DNA from: Acidobacteriota bacterium
GTDB lineage: Bacteria > Acidobacteriota > Thermoanaerobaculia > Gp7-AA8
Direction of reading: 5' to 3'
DNA length: 64,000 nt
Assembly: GCA_019244185.1 (NCBI GenBank)
Contig: JAFATB010000015.1
Span: forward strand, 25,109 to 89,108
Position numbers and translations under genes: made by a program. Positions 40,846-51,236 of this stretch are shown here, one piece after another. Positions within the stretch are counted from its first letter, which is position 1; each line of letters starts with the position of its first letter. The notes beneath the pieces are model-generated. The model was not told where the DNA came from and ran no database searches. It saw only the letters and a program-made list of their open reading frames with translations.

Positions 40846-42262
40846 CGCGCGTCTCCCACGGTTCCGGCTCGATCGCGGGCACGTCCTGCAGCGCGTGATA
40901 GAGGCGCAGCGTGTGCGCGGATGCGCGGCGCGCGAACTCGATCGTGGCGCTGTCGCCGGGACGCAGATCGCACGGCAGCGCGAGCCAGGCGTCCTGCACC
41001 TCGCGATCGTGCTCGTCGAAGAGCTTCGCGAGGAGGCGATACTCCGGCGTGCCGTACGTGCGCGTGCGGATCGTCGCGTCGCCGTCGTTGCGAATCGTGA
41101 GCGCGTCGGGCGTGAGGTTCGTCAGCGCGAGTCGGGGAAACAGCGGCAACGCGTTCGTGATGGCGCGGCTGGCAACGCGCGGCGCGGGCTCGAGCGCGCG
41201 CAGGTAGCCGTCGACGGTGAGGTCGAGCCGCGCGTTCGCTTCGAGCCATGCGCGCTGCGCGTTCGTCGGCGCGAAATCGCGCAGGAGGAATTCGGTCAAC
41301 GTGTTGACTTCATCGTCGCCGCCGAGAGGCACCTTGAAGACGATGTCGTCCGGGAGCTCGGCGAATTGCGCGTAGTCGCTGACGGCCACCGGCTTGCCGG
41401 CGTCGAGCGCGCGGATGAGGGTGCCCGAGGTTTCGCCGGCGGTCGGATAGCGAAGATTCACGAAACGGTCGGCGACGGCGTAGTACGCGGGGAAGTCGTC
41501 GTCGGCGACGTAGCCGGTCGTGATGATGCCGTCGCCGCGCAACGCATCGCGGTCGATGTTCGGCGCCGGCTCGCCGACGACGAGCAGCATGAGCTGCGCG
41601 TTCTGTGCGCGCGCACGGCGGAACGCCTCGAGCACGACCTCCGCGCGTTTGGCCGACGTCAGAAAGCCGAAGAAGCCGATGACGCGTGAGCCGCCCGGAA
41701 TGCCCATGCGCGCGCGCAACGCGTCGCGAGCGAACGCGCGGCGCTCCGGCACGTACGGATGCGGCACGACGTGAATGGGCGTCGTCACGCCGAACGAGCG
41801 CAGGCGGTCATGCGCGTAGCGGTTGTGCACGATCACAGCGCGCGCGCGTTGCGCGACGTCGACGGAGGCCGGCAACAGGAAGTTGCCCATCTCGCTGTGC
41901 AGTCCCGCCGCGCGGCCGCGCGCCCATGCCGCGCCCGCGGCGCCGTGGCTCGCTTCCAGCGCGGCGACGTACGCGTCCGCGTCGCCGCGCGCGAGCGTCT
42001 GCTCGACAATGAGGTGATGCAGCACGAGATCGTGCAGCACGACCACGCCGGGCGTGCGCATCGCCTCGTCGTACGCGAAGCCGTGGAACGGATTGTTGCC
42101 GAGCTGGTAGATCGTTGCGTCGAAGTCCGAGGCGCGGTAGCCGTCGAGCGAGTCGAACGCGGTCACGTCGAGTTGCTCCCTCAACGCGGGCAGCAGCAGC
42201 GACGCGTAATGCGCGACGCCGGTCTTCGCCGGCGGCAGCGGCGTGAGCATGGCCACGCGCAC
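40835..42262 (-). CDS. Glycosyltransferase family 4 with C-terminal Ig-like extension
   Basis: PLPPAKTGVAHY, YQLGNNPFH, LRYPTAGETSG and GKPVAVSD motifs. Confidence 0.88.
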   Translation of the reverse strand: MRVAMLTPLPPAKTGVAHYASLLLPALREQLDVTAFDSLDGYRASDFDATIYQLGNNPFHGFAYDEAMRTPGVVVLHDLVLHHLIVEQTLARGDADAYVAALEASHGAAGAAWARGRAAGLHSEMGNFLLPASVDVAQRARAVIVHNRYAHDRLRSFGVTTPIHVVPHPYVPERRAFARDALRARMGIPGGSRVIGFFGFLTSAKRAEVVLEAFRRARAQNAQLMLLVVGEPAPNIDRDALRGDGIITTGYVADDDFPAYYAVADRFVNLRYPTAGETSGTLIRALDAGKPVAVSDYAQFAELPDDIVFKVPLGGDDEVNTLTEFLLRDFAPTNAQRAWLEANARLDLTVDGYLRALEPAPRVASRAITNALPLFPRLALTNLTPDALTIRNDGDATIRTRTYGTPEYRLLAKLFDEHDREVQDAWLALPCDLRPGDSATIEFARRASAHTLRLYHALQDVPAIEPEPWETRDVR

Positions 42263-42264
42263 GG

Positions 42265-43369
42265 CTACTCCGCCGTCTTCCGCGCCTGCGCGGCCAGGAA
42301 CGCCTCGATGAAGCCGTCGAGATCGCCGTCGAGGATGCGCGCCGGATCGCCGACCTCGTAGCCGGTGCGCAGGTCTTTCACCAGCTGATACGGCTGCAGC
42401 ACGTACGAGCGGATCTGCGAGCCGAAGCCGATGTCCTTCTTCTCGCCCTCGATCTTAGCCTGCTCTTCCTTCCGCTTTTCGAGCTCGAGGTTGTAGAGCC
42501 GCGCGCGCAGGAGCTTCATCGCGGTGTCGCGGTTCTTGTGCTGGCTGCGCTCGTTCTGACAGGTGACGACGATGCCGCTCGGCATGTGCGTGATGCGGAT
42601 CGCGGAGTCGGTCACGTTGACGTGCTGGCCGCCCGCGCCCGACGAGCGGTACGTGTCGACGCGCAGGTCCTTGTCATTGATCTCGATGTGGATCGTGTCG
42701 TCGATGTCGGGGATCGCGAACACCGACGCGAACGACGTGTGCCGGCGCTTCGCCGCGTCGAACGGCGAGATGCGCACGAGGCGGTGCACGCCGTTCTCCG
42801 CCTTGAGATAGCCGTACGCGTAGTCGCCGCGGATCATCACCGTCGCGCTCTTGAGGCCCGCTTCCTCGCCGGCCTGATATTCGAGCAGCTCGGTCGACCA
42901 CCCTTTCTTCTCGCAGTAGCGGAGGTACATGCGCAGCAGCATCTCCGCCCAGTCCTGCGACTCGGTGCCGCCGGCGCCGGGATGGATGTTGAGGATGCAG
43001 TCGCGCTCGTCGTTCTCACCGGAGAGCTTCATGGTGAGCTCGATCTCGTTGACCTCGCGCTCGAGCTGCGCGACGAGCGACTCGATCTCGGCGTCGACCG
43101 GCTCGCCCTCGCGCTGCAGTTCGAGCAGCACGTCGAGCTCTTCGGATTTCGATTCGATGGACGTCCCGGCGGCGATGCGCTTCTCGACGCGGGAGCGGCG
43201 GCGGCCGGCTTCCTGCGCGGTCTCCGGCTTGTCCCAGAAGCCGGGCGCGGACATCTCGCGCTCGATCTCGTCGAGCGCGCGGCGTGCGGAAGCTAGGTCA
43301 AAGATAGCTCCGTACGGAGCGGAGTCGTTCGCGGAGGTCAGTGATTGCGGTCAGCGTTTCGTCGTGCAT
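42265..43369 (-). CDS. prfB: Peptide chain release factor 2 (programmed +1 frameshift)
   Basis: SPF and GGQ motifs; upstream ORF MHDETLTAITDLRERLRSVRSYL ends in CTT-TGA-C at 43303-43297 and continues in the +1 frame. Confidence 0.97.
43297..43312 (-). promoter_or_regulatory. prfB +1 ribosomal frameshift site
   Basis: CGGAGC-TAT-CTT-TGA-C: internal SD-like GGAG followed by the slippery CTT TGA. Confidence 0.93.
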
Positions 43370-44870
43370 AGATCAATCCGATCAGTACCACGACGACGCT
43401 CATCCACGCAAACCAGTCGCCGAAGCGCACGTACGGCGTGATCGTGTTCCGCGCCTGGAACGTCGCGTAGATCGTTCCCTCGCGTCCCATCGGCAGCGTC
43501 TGGAGCAGGCGTCCGGTCGGATCGACGAACGCGGAAATGCCGGTCGTCGCCGCGCGCAGGAGATACCGATCGTCCTCGATCGCACGAAGGCGGGCCTGCC
43601 ACAGATGTTGTGCGGGCGCGGCGGTGCCGTCGTACCACGCGTCGTTCGTGATCGTCACGAGCACGGTCGCGCCGTGCAGCGTCTGCGCGCGCGTGATCTG
43701 CGGATAGACGATCTCGTAGCAGATGGCCGGTCCGTACGCGAGCTTGCCGGCGAGCGGAAAGTCGTTCGTGCCGAACGTGAACTCGCCGACGGCATGCACG
43801 AGCTTCTGCGCGAAGAAGAGCATCTTGCGCAGCGGCACGTACTCGCCGAACGGCACGAGGCGGATCTTGTCGTAGTGGCCGATGGTCTTGCCGCCGCTGG
43901 CGAGGAACGCGGAGTTCCAGAGCAGCGTCGGACGCGCGGGGTCGGTCGCGACCGAGCCGACGATGACGTCGATGTGGCGCGAGGCGGAGAGGTCTTCGAT
44001 CGACGCGCGGAAGAACGTCGTGTCGGTGTACGAGAGCGGCACGGTCGACTCCGGCCAGATCACGACCTGCGCGCCGTGCGCGGCCGCGGCGACGGTCATG
44101 TTCAGCATGCGCTCGTAGAGCTGCAGCACGTTCGCCTCGTTCCAGCGCATCTCCTGGGAGATGTTCGGCTGCAGCAGCGCGGCCGTGAACGTCTCGCCCG
44201 CGCCGGGCCGCGAGATCAGCTTCGCCGCCACGAGTCCCGTGCCCCACCACGCGAGCAGCACGATGCCGAACGAGCCCGCCACGAGCACGCGCGCGATGTG
44301 CGCCGTGCGCTGCGTCGCCCACCACGCCACGATCACCGACGGCACGACGATCAGCGCGCCGGTGAAGTACGGACCGGCGAAGCGGTCGATCTGGATGAGC
44401 GAGGTGTAGTCGACGATCGCCGTGGCGATGAGATTCCACGGAAAGCCGGTGAAGAGATACGTCCGCGCGTACTCGACCGCCGCCCACGCGAGCGGCACGA
44501 GGAGCCACGGCAGAAACCGCAGGCCGAGCCGCAGCTTCTTCACGACCACGCCGAAGAGCGCGCCGAAGAGGCCGAGGTAGAGCGACATGGCGATGAAGAT
44601 CAGGACGCCGGTGACGTACGGCAGGCCGCCGTAATGCGACATCACGCGGATCACCCACGGCACCATCAGCAGCCACGACACCGTCTGTGCGAGCCAGCCG
44701 TGGAAGAACGCTTCCCACGCGCCGTTCGACTGCACGATCGCGATCAGCAGCGGCGCGAGCGCGAAGAACGCCAGCCAGCCGATGGTGTACGTCGGAAAGG
44801 CGAAAGCGAAGAGGGCGCCGGAGAGGATCGAGAGGAGGAAGCGGAGGAGTCTACTTCTTGAAGAGCGCAT
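43338..44870 (-). CDS. lnt: Apolipoprotein N-acyltransferase
   Basis: GFPW, QPNI, WPES, YDKIRLVPFGEY, ICYE and TNDAWY motifs. Confidence 0.96.
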   Translation of the reverse strand: MRSSRSRLLRFLLSILSGALFAFAFPTYTIGWLAFFALAPLLIAIVQSNGAWEAFFHGWLAQTVSWLLMVPWVIRVMSHYGGLPYVTGVLIFIAMSLYLGLFGALFGVVVKKLRLGLRFLPWLLVPLAWAAVEYARTYLFTGFPWNLIATAIVDYTSLIQIDRFAGPYFTGALIVVPSVIVAWWATQRTAHIARVLVAGSFGIVLLAWWGTGLVAAKLISRPGAGETFTAALLQPNISQEMRWNEANVLQLYERMLNMTVAAAAHGAQVVIWPESTVPLSYTDTTFFRASIEDLSASRHIDVIVGSVATDPARPTLLWNSAFLASGGKTIGHYDKIRLVPFGEYVPLRKMLFFAQKLVHAVGEFTFGTNDFPLAGKLAYGPAICYEIVYPQITRAQTLHGATVLVTITNDAWYDGTAAPAQHLWQARLRAIEDDRYLLRAATTGISAFVDPTGRLLQTLPMGREGTIYATFQARNTITPYVRFGDWFAWMSVVVVLIGLIYARRNADRNH

Positions 44871-45324
44871 CGAACGCCTTCCGCGCGTCCTCCGGCGTCT
44901 GCGGCTGCTTGCCTTTGTCGGCGGCGAGATCCTTGACGATCTTCGGCGTGAAGAACGTGCACTGATTGCGTGTTTGCTTGCCGACGACGCGCGCCGGGAT
45001 GTTCTCGCGGCATTCCCACAACGTGGTCGTATCGAAGAAGCGGCAGTTGCCGCAGGTATGGAGATCGGCGCCGCAGCCGCCGCACGCGTCTTCCGCGGTC
45101 AGCTCGCCGAGGCTGTGGCGGATCTGTCCGCACTTGTTGCACTTGAAGGCATCGGGTCCGAAGCCGCCGGCGGTGCGCCCGCGCGGCGCGTCCTCGAGAC
45201 GCGGACGCGGCGCATCGGGACGCGGTCCCTGCGGCCGCTGCTGCCCGCCGCCGTTCGAGTACGAAGAGCCGTACCCGCCGCCGCTGTCCTGGTAACCACG
45301 ATGCCTGTATTTGCGATCGCTCAC
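44851..45324 (-). CDS. Cys-rich putative zinc-binding protein
   Basis: CNKC, CGGC, HTCGNC, CRE and NQC; disordered Gly/Arg N-terminus. Confidence 0.8.
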   Translation of the reverse strand: MSDRKYRHRGYQDSGGGYGSSYSNGGGQQRPQGPRPDAPRPRLEDAPRGRTAGGFGPDAFKCNKCGQIRHSLGELTAEDACGGCGADLHTCGNCRFFDTTTLWECRENIPARVVGKQTRNQCTFFTPKIVKDLAADKGKQPQTPEDARKAFDALFKK

Positions 45325-45326
45325 AT

Positions 45327-45479
45327 TCACCTTCCAAAGAGAATCCAGAGCACGCCCACGACGACAGCGATCGTGATCACGAAGAGGATCAAACGAATCG
45401 CGAGCTTCGCCATCTTCAGCACGATCCAGATCGCGATGATGACGATGAGAAGAATGAGGAGCTCGTGGGTGCTCGGCAT
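45327..45479 (-). CDS. 50-aa two-TM membrane protein (absent from the ORF track)
   Basis: MPSTHELLILLIVIIAIWIVLKMAKLAIRLILFVITIAVVVGVLWILFGR; its stop abuts the start of the Cys-rich gene. Confidence 0.7.
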   Translation of the reverse strand: MPSTHELLILLIVIIAIWIVLKMAKLAIRLILFVITIAVVVGVLWILFGR

Positions 45480-45527
45480 CCGGGGATGTCGCTAGTGTAA
45501 CAACGTTTCGCGCCGATTGATTCGTCG

Positions 45528-46589
45528 CTACTGAATGTAGTTGCCGACGTCAGCCGAGCGGCGCTGCGCGGGCGCCACGACGAGCGTCGGATCGTTCGTG
45601 CGATTCTCCGTCACGGTGTAGAACGGAATCACCGCGCCGCCGAACGCGACCTCGAGCCACATGCCCGGCGCGAGCGCGCGCTTCGCGAGATCGGACGCGG
45701 ACGTCATCTGCATCCAGTCCGCGGGAAAGGTCCCCGTCTCGAGCGCGAGCAGCCTGCCGTCCGCCGCATACACGAAGACGGACATGGTCACGTCGGTGAG
45801 CGTGCGGAAGCCGACGTTCACGCGGAAGCGCTCGTCCGCGATCGGCACGTGCATGCTCGGCGGCTCGAGATAGTCGTACGGATAGATCGCCTCCGCGAAC
45901 GTGCCGAACGTGCCGAGCGACGTGTCGTTGTAGAGCCGCGCCTCGATGCGCGGCAGGATTGTCTGCGCGCCTTCGTCGGGCACGATGTCGATGGAGCCGA
46001 GGCCGCTCTGCCCCATCGTCGCGACGACGTCGTCGAAGACGAGCGGCTGCGCGTTCGTGAACGCGAACGGCATCGACGGATCGTTCGCGCTGCCCGCGAC
46101 GCCCGCCGGATGAAAGACGATGCGGCCGCGCTGATTCGCCGCGGTCGGCACGAGCGTCAGCGCCGTTTTGAACTTGCCGCCGAACGCGCCCGCGGTCGAG
46201 CCGACCACCGGCAGCACCGCGCGGCGCGTCAGCGCTCGAAACGCGGCGTCGGCCGGCAGCTCGACGTCGATCGCGCCCGTGCACGCGTCGAGCGAGTTGT
46301 CCGTGTCGGCACTCTGCACGCCGGCGCGAATGATGGCGGTCACGACGTAATGCGCGTGGCCGTCAGAGCTCGAGCGATGCGCGATCGTGAAGGTGTTCTG
46401 CCGCGTCGTGTAGTTGCGCAGCAGCTCGGAGTTCCCCAACGACTCGACGATCCAATATTCGGTGGCGCCGGTGACGGCGTTCCAGTGCAGCACGCCGTTC
46501 TCGACGCGCAAGCCGAGGTTGCACGAGGCGTGGAGCGGAAACGCGAGGAGGAGGGAGAGGAATGCGGTGAGCCGGACCGCCCGTGTCAT
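45528..46589 (-). CDS. Secreted protein: FN3-like domain + 'PVVGSTxGAxG' beta domain
   Basis: Signal peptide; WNAVTGATEY; paralog of 46653-47744. Confidence 0.8.
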   Translation of the reverse strand: MTRAVRLTAFLSLLLAFPLHASCNLGLRVENGVLHWNAVTGATEYWIVESLGNSELLRNYTTRQNTFTIAHRSSSDGHAHYVVTAIIRAGVQSADTDNSLDACTGAIDVELPADAAFRALTRRAVLPVVGSTAGAFGGKFKTALTLVPTAANQRGRIVFHPAGVAGSANDPSMPFAFTNAQPLVFDDVVATMGQSGLGSIDIVPDEGAQTILPRIEARLYNDTSLGTFGTFAEAIYPYDYLEPPSMHVPIADERFRVNVGFRTLTDVTMSVFVYAADGRLLALETGTFPADWMQMTSASDLAKRALAPGMWLEVAFGGAVIPFYTVTENRTNDPTLVVAPAQRRSADVGNYIQ

Positions 46590-46652
46590 GCGACGCAGAA
46601 TAACATCGCGGCGAGGCGCACCGGCGAGCGGCGCGCCTCGGCCCGCGGAACG

Positions 46653-47744
46653 TCACGGCTGGAAGGAGTAGTGATAGACGTCGGTCGGCTCTTTCGTCGG
46701 CGGCACGAAGAGCGCGGGATCGTTCGTCACGTTGTCGGTGAGCGAATACATCGGCACCGCGGTGCCGCGGAACGTGCGGATCACGATGACGTCGCCCGGC
46801 TGCAGATCGACGTCCGGCAGCAGCACGTACGCGGGAGCGAACACCAGCGTGTCCGGCAGCATCTCGAAGCTGCGGCTCCCGATCGTCTGCGCGTTGCGCA
46901 GGACGAGCATCGTGACGAGGGCGCTGTCGAGCGAGCGGATGCCGACGTTGAGGCGCATCGCCGGACCGGGCATCGTCGCCTCGGCCTGCGGAAGGTCGAG
47001 CGGATTGGCGAGGACGTTGAAGTCGTACGGCTGCACCTGCGACTCGAACGCGCCGAACGTTCCCGTCGGTGTCTGATTGAACAGATGCACCTCGGCGCGC
47101 GGAATGCTCGCCTGCGCGCCGTGGACGTCGGGCACGATGTCGAGGCTTCCGAGACCGGTGAAGTTGAACTCCTTCACGATGTCGTCGTACTGAATCACGT
47201 CTCCGCGATTGTGCAGTTCGTAGCGTAGTGATTGATCGGCCGAGCTGCCCGGCACGCCGAGCGGATGGAACACGAGCTGTCCCGTCATGTCCGCGCCGGA
47301 GTAGTTGCGCAGGCGCAGCGACGTATGGAAATCGGCGCCGTTCGCGCCCGGCGTCGAACCGACCAGCGGGATGATCGAGCGCCGCGTCAGTTTCATGAAA
47401 TCGCGATCGGTCTTGAACGTCACGTTCACCGTCGTGGTGCACGTCTCGTTCGGCGTGGTCGCGGTGATGCGGTACACGTACGGTTCGTCGACGGTGGTGT
47501 AGCGGCTCACCTCGAGCGACGTTTCGTCCGGGTCGAGCTCGATGCGGCGGATCGTGTTGAAGTCATCGGACGAGGCCTCGACGACGTAGCCCGTGGCGCC
47601 GGCGACCGGCGTCCACGAGATCATCCAATACGAGGCGACCGGCTTCCGCTCGTCGCGCACGGTCGCGGTGACGGCGCAGACGGCGAACGCGCTGTGGGCG
47701 AGGAACAACACCAGGGGCAGGGCGAGTAGACTCCGTTTCGGCAA
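46653..47744 (-). CDS. Secreted protein: FN3-like domain + 'PLVGSTPGANG' beta domain
   Basis: TTG start after AGGAGG; signal peptide; WTPVAGATGY; paralog of 45528-46589. Confidence 0.8.
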   Translation of the reverse strand: MPKRSLLALPLVLFLAHSAFAVCAVTATVRDERKPVASYWMISWTPVAGATGYVVEASSDDFNTIRRIELDPDETSLEVSRYTTVDEPYVYRITATTPNETCTTTVNVTFKTDRDFMKLTRRSIIPLVGSTPGANGADFHTSLRLRNYSGADMTGQLVFHPLGVPGSSADQSLRYELHNRGDVIQYDDIVKEFNFTGLGSLDIVPDVHGAQASIPRAEVHLFNQTPTGTFGAFESQVQPYDFNVLANPLDLPQAEATMPGPAMRLNVGIRSLDSALVTMLVLRNAQTIGSRSFEMLPDTLVFAPAYVLLPDVDLQPGDVIVIRTFRGTAVPMYSLTDNVTNDPALFVPPTKEPTDVYHYSFQP

Positions 47745-47819
47745 GTCCGGACCTCCTGTTATTTGACGTAACGAAGGGAAGAATACGCGGAAAGGCGGGA
47801 CGGAGATAGTGACGTTCTG

Positions 47820-49193
47820 TTACACGAGCAACCGCAGAGGCTGCTCGACGTAGCTCCTCAGCGTCTTGAGGAAGTCCGCGCCGATCGCGCCGTCGACGAC
47901 GCGGTGATCGCACGACATCGTCACCTTCATCCGGTCGCGCACGACGACTTGGCGGTCGACGACGACCGGCCGCGCCTCTGCCGCGCCGATCGCGAGAATC
48001 GCGGCGTTCGGCGGGTTGATGATGGCGGTGAACTCCTCGATGCCCCACGCGCCGAGGTTCGAGATCGTGAACGTGCTGCCCTGATATTCGTCGGGCTTGA
48101 GGCGGCGGTTCTTCGCTTTGTCGGCGAGCGCGCGCACTTCGCTCGCGATGTCGGTCACGGACTTCTGGTCGGCGTTGCGGATGACCGGCGTGATCAGGCC
48201 GTCCTGCGTGGCCACGGCGATGCCGACGTGCACCTCGCCGTGCTGCGTGATCGCTTCTTCGCCCCAGCTCGCGTTGACGTTCGGATGGTGGCGCAGCGCG
48301 AGCGCGACGGCGCGGACGATGAAGTCGTTGAGGCTCAGCTTCGCGCCGGTGATGTCGATGAGCTGCTGGCGCACGCCGGCGAGATTCGTCACGTCGAAAT
48401 CGGCGGTGAGATAGAAATGCGGAATCGGTCCCGTCGACTCGGCAAGGCGCTTCGCGATCGTGCGGCGCATCGCCGTCAGCGGGATGATCTTCGTCTCCAG
48501 AGCGGGCGGCGCGACGAGCTGCGGCGCGCGCACCTGCGAAGCAGATTGCTGCTGCGCCGATGCCGCCGGCGTCGCGGCCCGTTGCCCAGGCGCGACGCCG
48601 CTCTGCGCGTTCTTGATGTCGGCGGCGATGATGCGTCCGCGCGGGCCGCTCCCCTGCACGTCGTCGAGTCGCACACCGAGGTCCGCGGCCATACGGCGCG
48701 CGAGCGGCGAGGAGCGGCGGCGTTCGCCGGAGCTCGGCGGTGCCGCGGCAGCGGGCTGTCCCGAGTCGGCCGACGCGCGGTCGCGGCGCGGTCCCTTCTG
48801 CTCGATCGCTTCCTGATATTCGCCGGTGGTGTGCTTGACGCTGTCCTTTTTATCGGTAGAGCGGCGCTGCGGCGCTTCGCCTTGCGTCTCGGCCTCCGCG
48901 GGCTTCGACTCCTGCGGTTGCGGCGCGGCGGCCTGCTTCTTCTCCGCCGGCTTCTCGCCTTCGCCGAGGATTTGCGCGAGCGTGCCGCCGACGGGGACCA
49001 TGTCGCCTTCGTTGGCCGCGTACTCGCCGAGCGTGCCGTCCGCTTCCGCCTCGAGATCGAGGTTGACCTTGTCGGTCTCGATCTCCGCGACGGCCTCCCC
49101 TTTCTTCACCGCGTCGCCCGGCTTTTTGTACCAGCGGACGACTTTCCCCTCGGTCATCGCGTCGCCCATCTTGGGCATGATGATTTCAGGCAT
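47820..49193 (-). CDS. pdhC: Pyruvate dehydrogenase E2 dihydrolipoamide acetyltransferase
   Basis: ETDKV lipoyl motif, SPLARR E3-binding domain, DHRVVDG. Confidence 0.93.
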   Translation of the reverse strand: MPEIIMPKMGDAMTEGKVVRWYKKPGDAVKKGEAVAEIETDKVNLDLEAEADGTLGEYAANEGDMVPVGGTLAQILGEGEKPAEKKQAAAPQPQESKPAEAETQGEAPQRRSTDKKDSVKHTTGEYQEAIEQKGPRRDRASADSGQPAAAAPPSSGERRRSSPLARRMAADLGVRLDDVQGSGPRGRIIAADIKNAQSGVAPGQRAATPAASAQQQSASQVRAPQLVAPPALETKIIPLTAMRRTIAKRLAESTGPIPHFYLTADFDVTNLAGVRQQLIDITGAKLSLNDFIVRAVALALRHHPNVNASWGEEAITQHGEVHVGIAVATQDGLITPVIRNADQKSVTDIASEVRALADKAKNRRLKPDEYQGSTFTISNLGAWGIEEFTAIINPPNAAILAIGAAEARPVVVDRQVVVRDRMKVTMSCDHRVVDGAIGADFLKTLRSYVEQPLRLLV

Positions 49194-50175
49194 TGGCGTA
49201 CATCACCTTCCGCACCGCGCGCTCGATGTGCTCTTCATGCGGCGTCGCCAGCAACTCCAGATTCCGCGCGTACGGCATCGGCACGTCCTCGCCCGTCACG
49301 CGCGCCACCGGCGCATCGAGCTCGTCGAACATCGCCTCGGTGATGCTCGCCGAAAGCTCCGCCGCCGCGCCGTACGGCTTCCACTGTTCCTGCACGACGA
49401 TCGCGCGATGCGTCTTCGCCACCGACGCGAACACCGGCTCGAGATCGAGCGGCCGCAGCGTGCGCAGGTCGATGACCTCGCACTCCGCGCCACCATCTTT
49501 CGAGAGTTTGTCGGCGACCGTCAGCGACAGCTGCAGCATCCGGCCATACGAGACGATCGTGACGTCGCTCCCCTCGCGCGCGACGCGCGAGCGGCCGAAC
49601 GGCACCGTGAAGTCGGGATCGTCCGGCACTTCGCCTTTCATCCCGTAGAGCGCCGCGCTCTCCAAAAAGATCACCGGGTCTCTGCCGCGGATCGCGGTCT
49701 TGAGCAAACCCTTGGCGTCCGCCGGCGTGCCCGGCGCCACCACGTGCAGTCCCGGGAAATGTCCGTAAAACGATTCGAACGACTGCGAGTGTTGCGCGGA
49801 GAGCTGCACGCCCGCGCCATGCGGGCCGCGAATGACGATCGGAACGTCGACCTGGCCGCCGGAGAAGTAGCGGACCTTCCCCGCGTGATTGATGATCTGA
49901 TCGGCGGCGACGATCGAGAAGTTCATCGTCATCATCTCGACGATCGGCCGCAGCCCGGTCATGGCCATGCCGACCGCCGTGCCGATCATCCCGGCTTCAG
50001 CGATCGGCGTGTCGATGACGCGCTTCGGGCCATACTTTTTCAGCATGCCCGCGGTGATGCGGAACGTGCCTTCGTAGACGCCGATGTCCTCGCCCATGAT
50101 GAGGACGTTCGGGTCGCGCTCCATTTCTTCGATCATCGCGTCGCGGATCGCGTCGCGGTAACTCTTCTCGCTCAT
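49186..50175 (-). CDS. pdhB: Pyruvate dehydrogenase E1 beta subunit
   Basis: GEDIG, DTPIAE, QHSQ and DLRTLRPLD motifs. Confidence 0.93.
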   Translation of the reverse strand: MSEKSYRDAIRDAMIEEMERDPNVLIMGEDIGVYEGTFRITAGMLKKYGPKRVIDTPIAEAGMIGTAVGMAMTGLRPIVEMMTMNFSIVAADQIINHAGKVRYFSGGQVDVPIVIRGPHGAGVQLSAQHSQSFESFYGHFPGLHVVAPGTPADAKGLLKTAIRGRDPVIFLESAALYGMKGEVPDDPDFTVPFGRSRVAREGSDVTIVSYGRMLQLSLTVADKLSKDGGAECEVIDLRTLRPLDLEPVFASVAKTHRAIVVQEQWKPYGAAAELSASITEAMFDELDAPVARVTGEDVPMPYARNLELLATPHEEHIERAVRKVMYANA

Positions 50176-51236
50176 TCGTGCTCGCTCTCGTAGTCGCTTT
50201 CGGCAACGGGTCGCGGGCCGTGCTCGGCGATGACGTCGTCGAACAGCTCGCTCGCCGCCGGCGGGTCGCTCTCCTCGGCGAACTTGACCGCCTTGGCGAC
50301 TTCCTCCGCCGCCCACTCTTCCATCGCCTTGACGTCGGCGTGGGTGAGGCCGCAGACCTCGCCGAGGCGCGCGCGGAGGATGCCGATCGGATCGCGGTGG
50401 CGGTGCTTCTCGACTTCTTCCTTCGAGCGATACGGCTGCAGGATGTCCGCCGCGCCGTGTCCGGAGAAGCGATACGTCACCGCTTCGATGCAGTACGGTT
50501 TGCCGGTCTCGCGCACCTGCCGCACGACGCGGTCGGCGACGCCGCGCACGGCGAAGAGATCCTGGCCGTCGACCTTCTCACCGGGGATGTCGTACGCGCG
50601 CACGCGCGCCGCGAGATCGGTGAGCGCGGAATGCCGCTCGATCGACGTGCCCATCGCGTAGCCGTTGTTCTCGATGACGAAGATGATCGGGCACATCCCC
50701 TGATGTCCCCATAGGCCGGCCATGTTCATCGCCTCGTGGAACGAGCCGATGTTCATCGCGCCGTCGCCGAAGTAGCAGACGGCGATGTTGTCGGTCTCGC
50801 GATAGCGGAACGAGTACGCGGCGCCCGCGGCGAGCGTGAGATGTCCGCCGACGATGCCGTAGCCGCCGTAGAGGCCGTGCTCGACGTCGAACAGATGCAT
50901 CGAGCCGCCCTTGCCTTTCGAGATGCCGGTGCGCTTGCCGTACAGCTCCGCCATCACGCGGCCGGGGTCGGATCCGAGTGCCAGCGCCTGCGCGTGATCG
51001 CGATAGCCGCAGAAGACCGCATCACCCGGCTGCAGCGCGCTGACGATGCCGCTCGCCACCGCTTCCTGCCCGATGTACACGTGGAGATAGCCGCCGATCT
51101 TTCCGCGGCGGAATGCGTTCTCCGTCGCCTCCTCGAAACGCCGGATGAAGATCATCTGCCGCAGCAGTTCGGTCCACTCCGGCGCGCATGCAGGATCGGC
51201 CACGGCGGCGCCTGATTCTTTCTTTGCTTTTGCCAT
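50172..51236 (-). CDS. pdhA: Pyruvate dehydrogenase E1 alpha subunit
   Basis: HVYIGQEA, GKGGSMH, GDGA...NN TPP motif, YRFSGH. Confidence 0.93.
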   Translation of the reverse strand: MAKAKKESGAAVADPACAPEWTELLRQMIFIRRFEEATENAFRRGKIGGYLHVYIGQEAVASGIVSALQPGDAVFCGYRDHAQALALGSDPGRVMAELYGKRTGISKGKGGSMHLFDVEHGLYGGYGIVGGHLTLAAGAAYSFRYRETDNIAVCYFGDGAMNIGSFHEAMNMAGLWGHQGMCPIIFVIENNGYAMGTSIERHSALTDLAARVRAYDIPGEKVDGQDLFAVRGVADRVVRQVRETGKPYCIEAVTYRFSGHGAADILQPYRSKEEVEKHRHRDPIGILRARLGEVCGLTHADVKAMEEWAAEEVAKAVKFAEESDPPAASELFDDVIAEHGPRPVAESDYESEHE

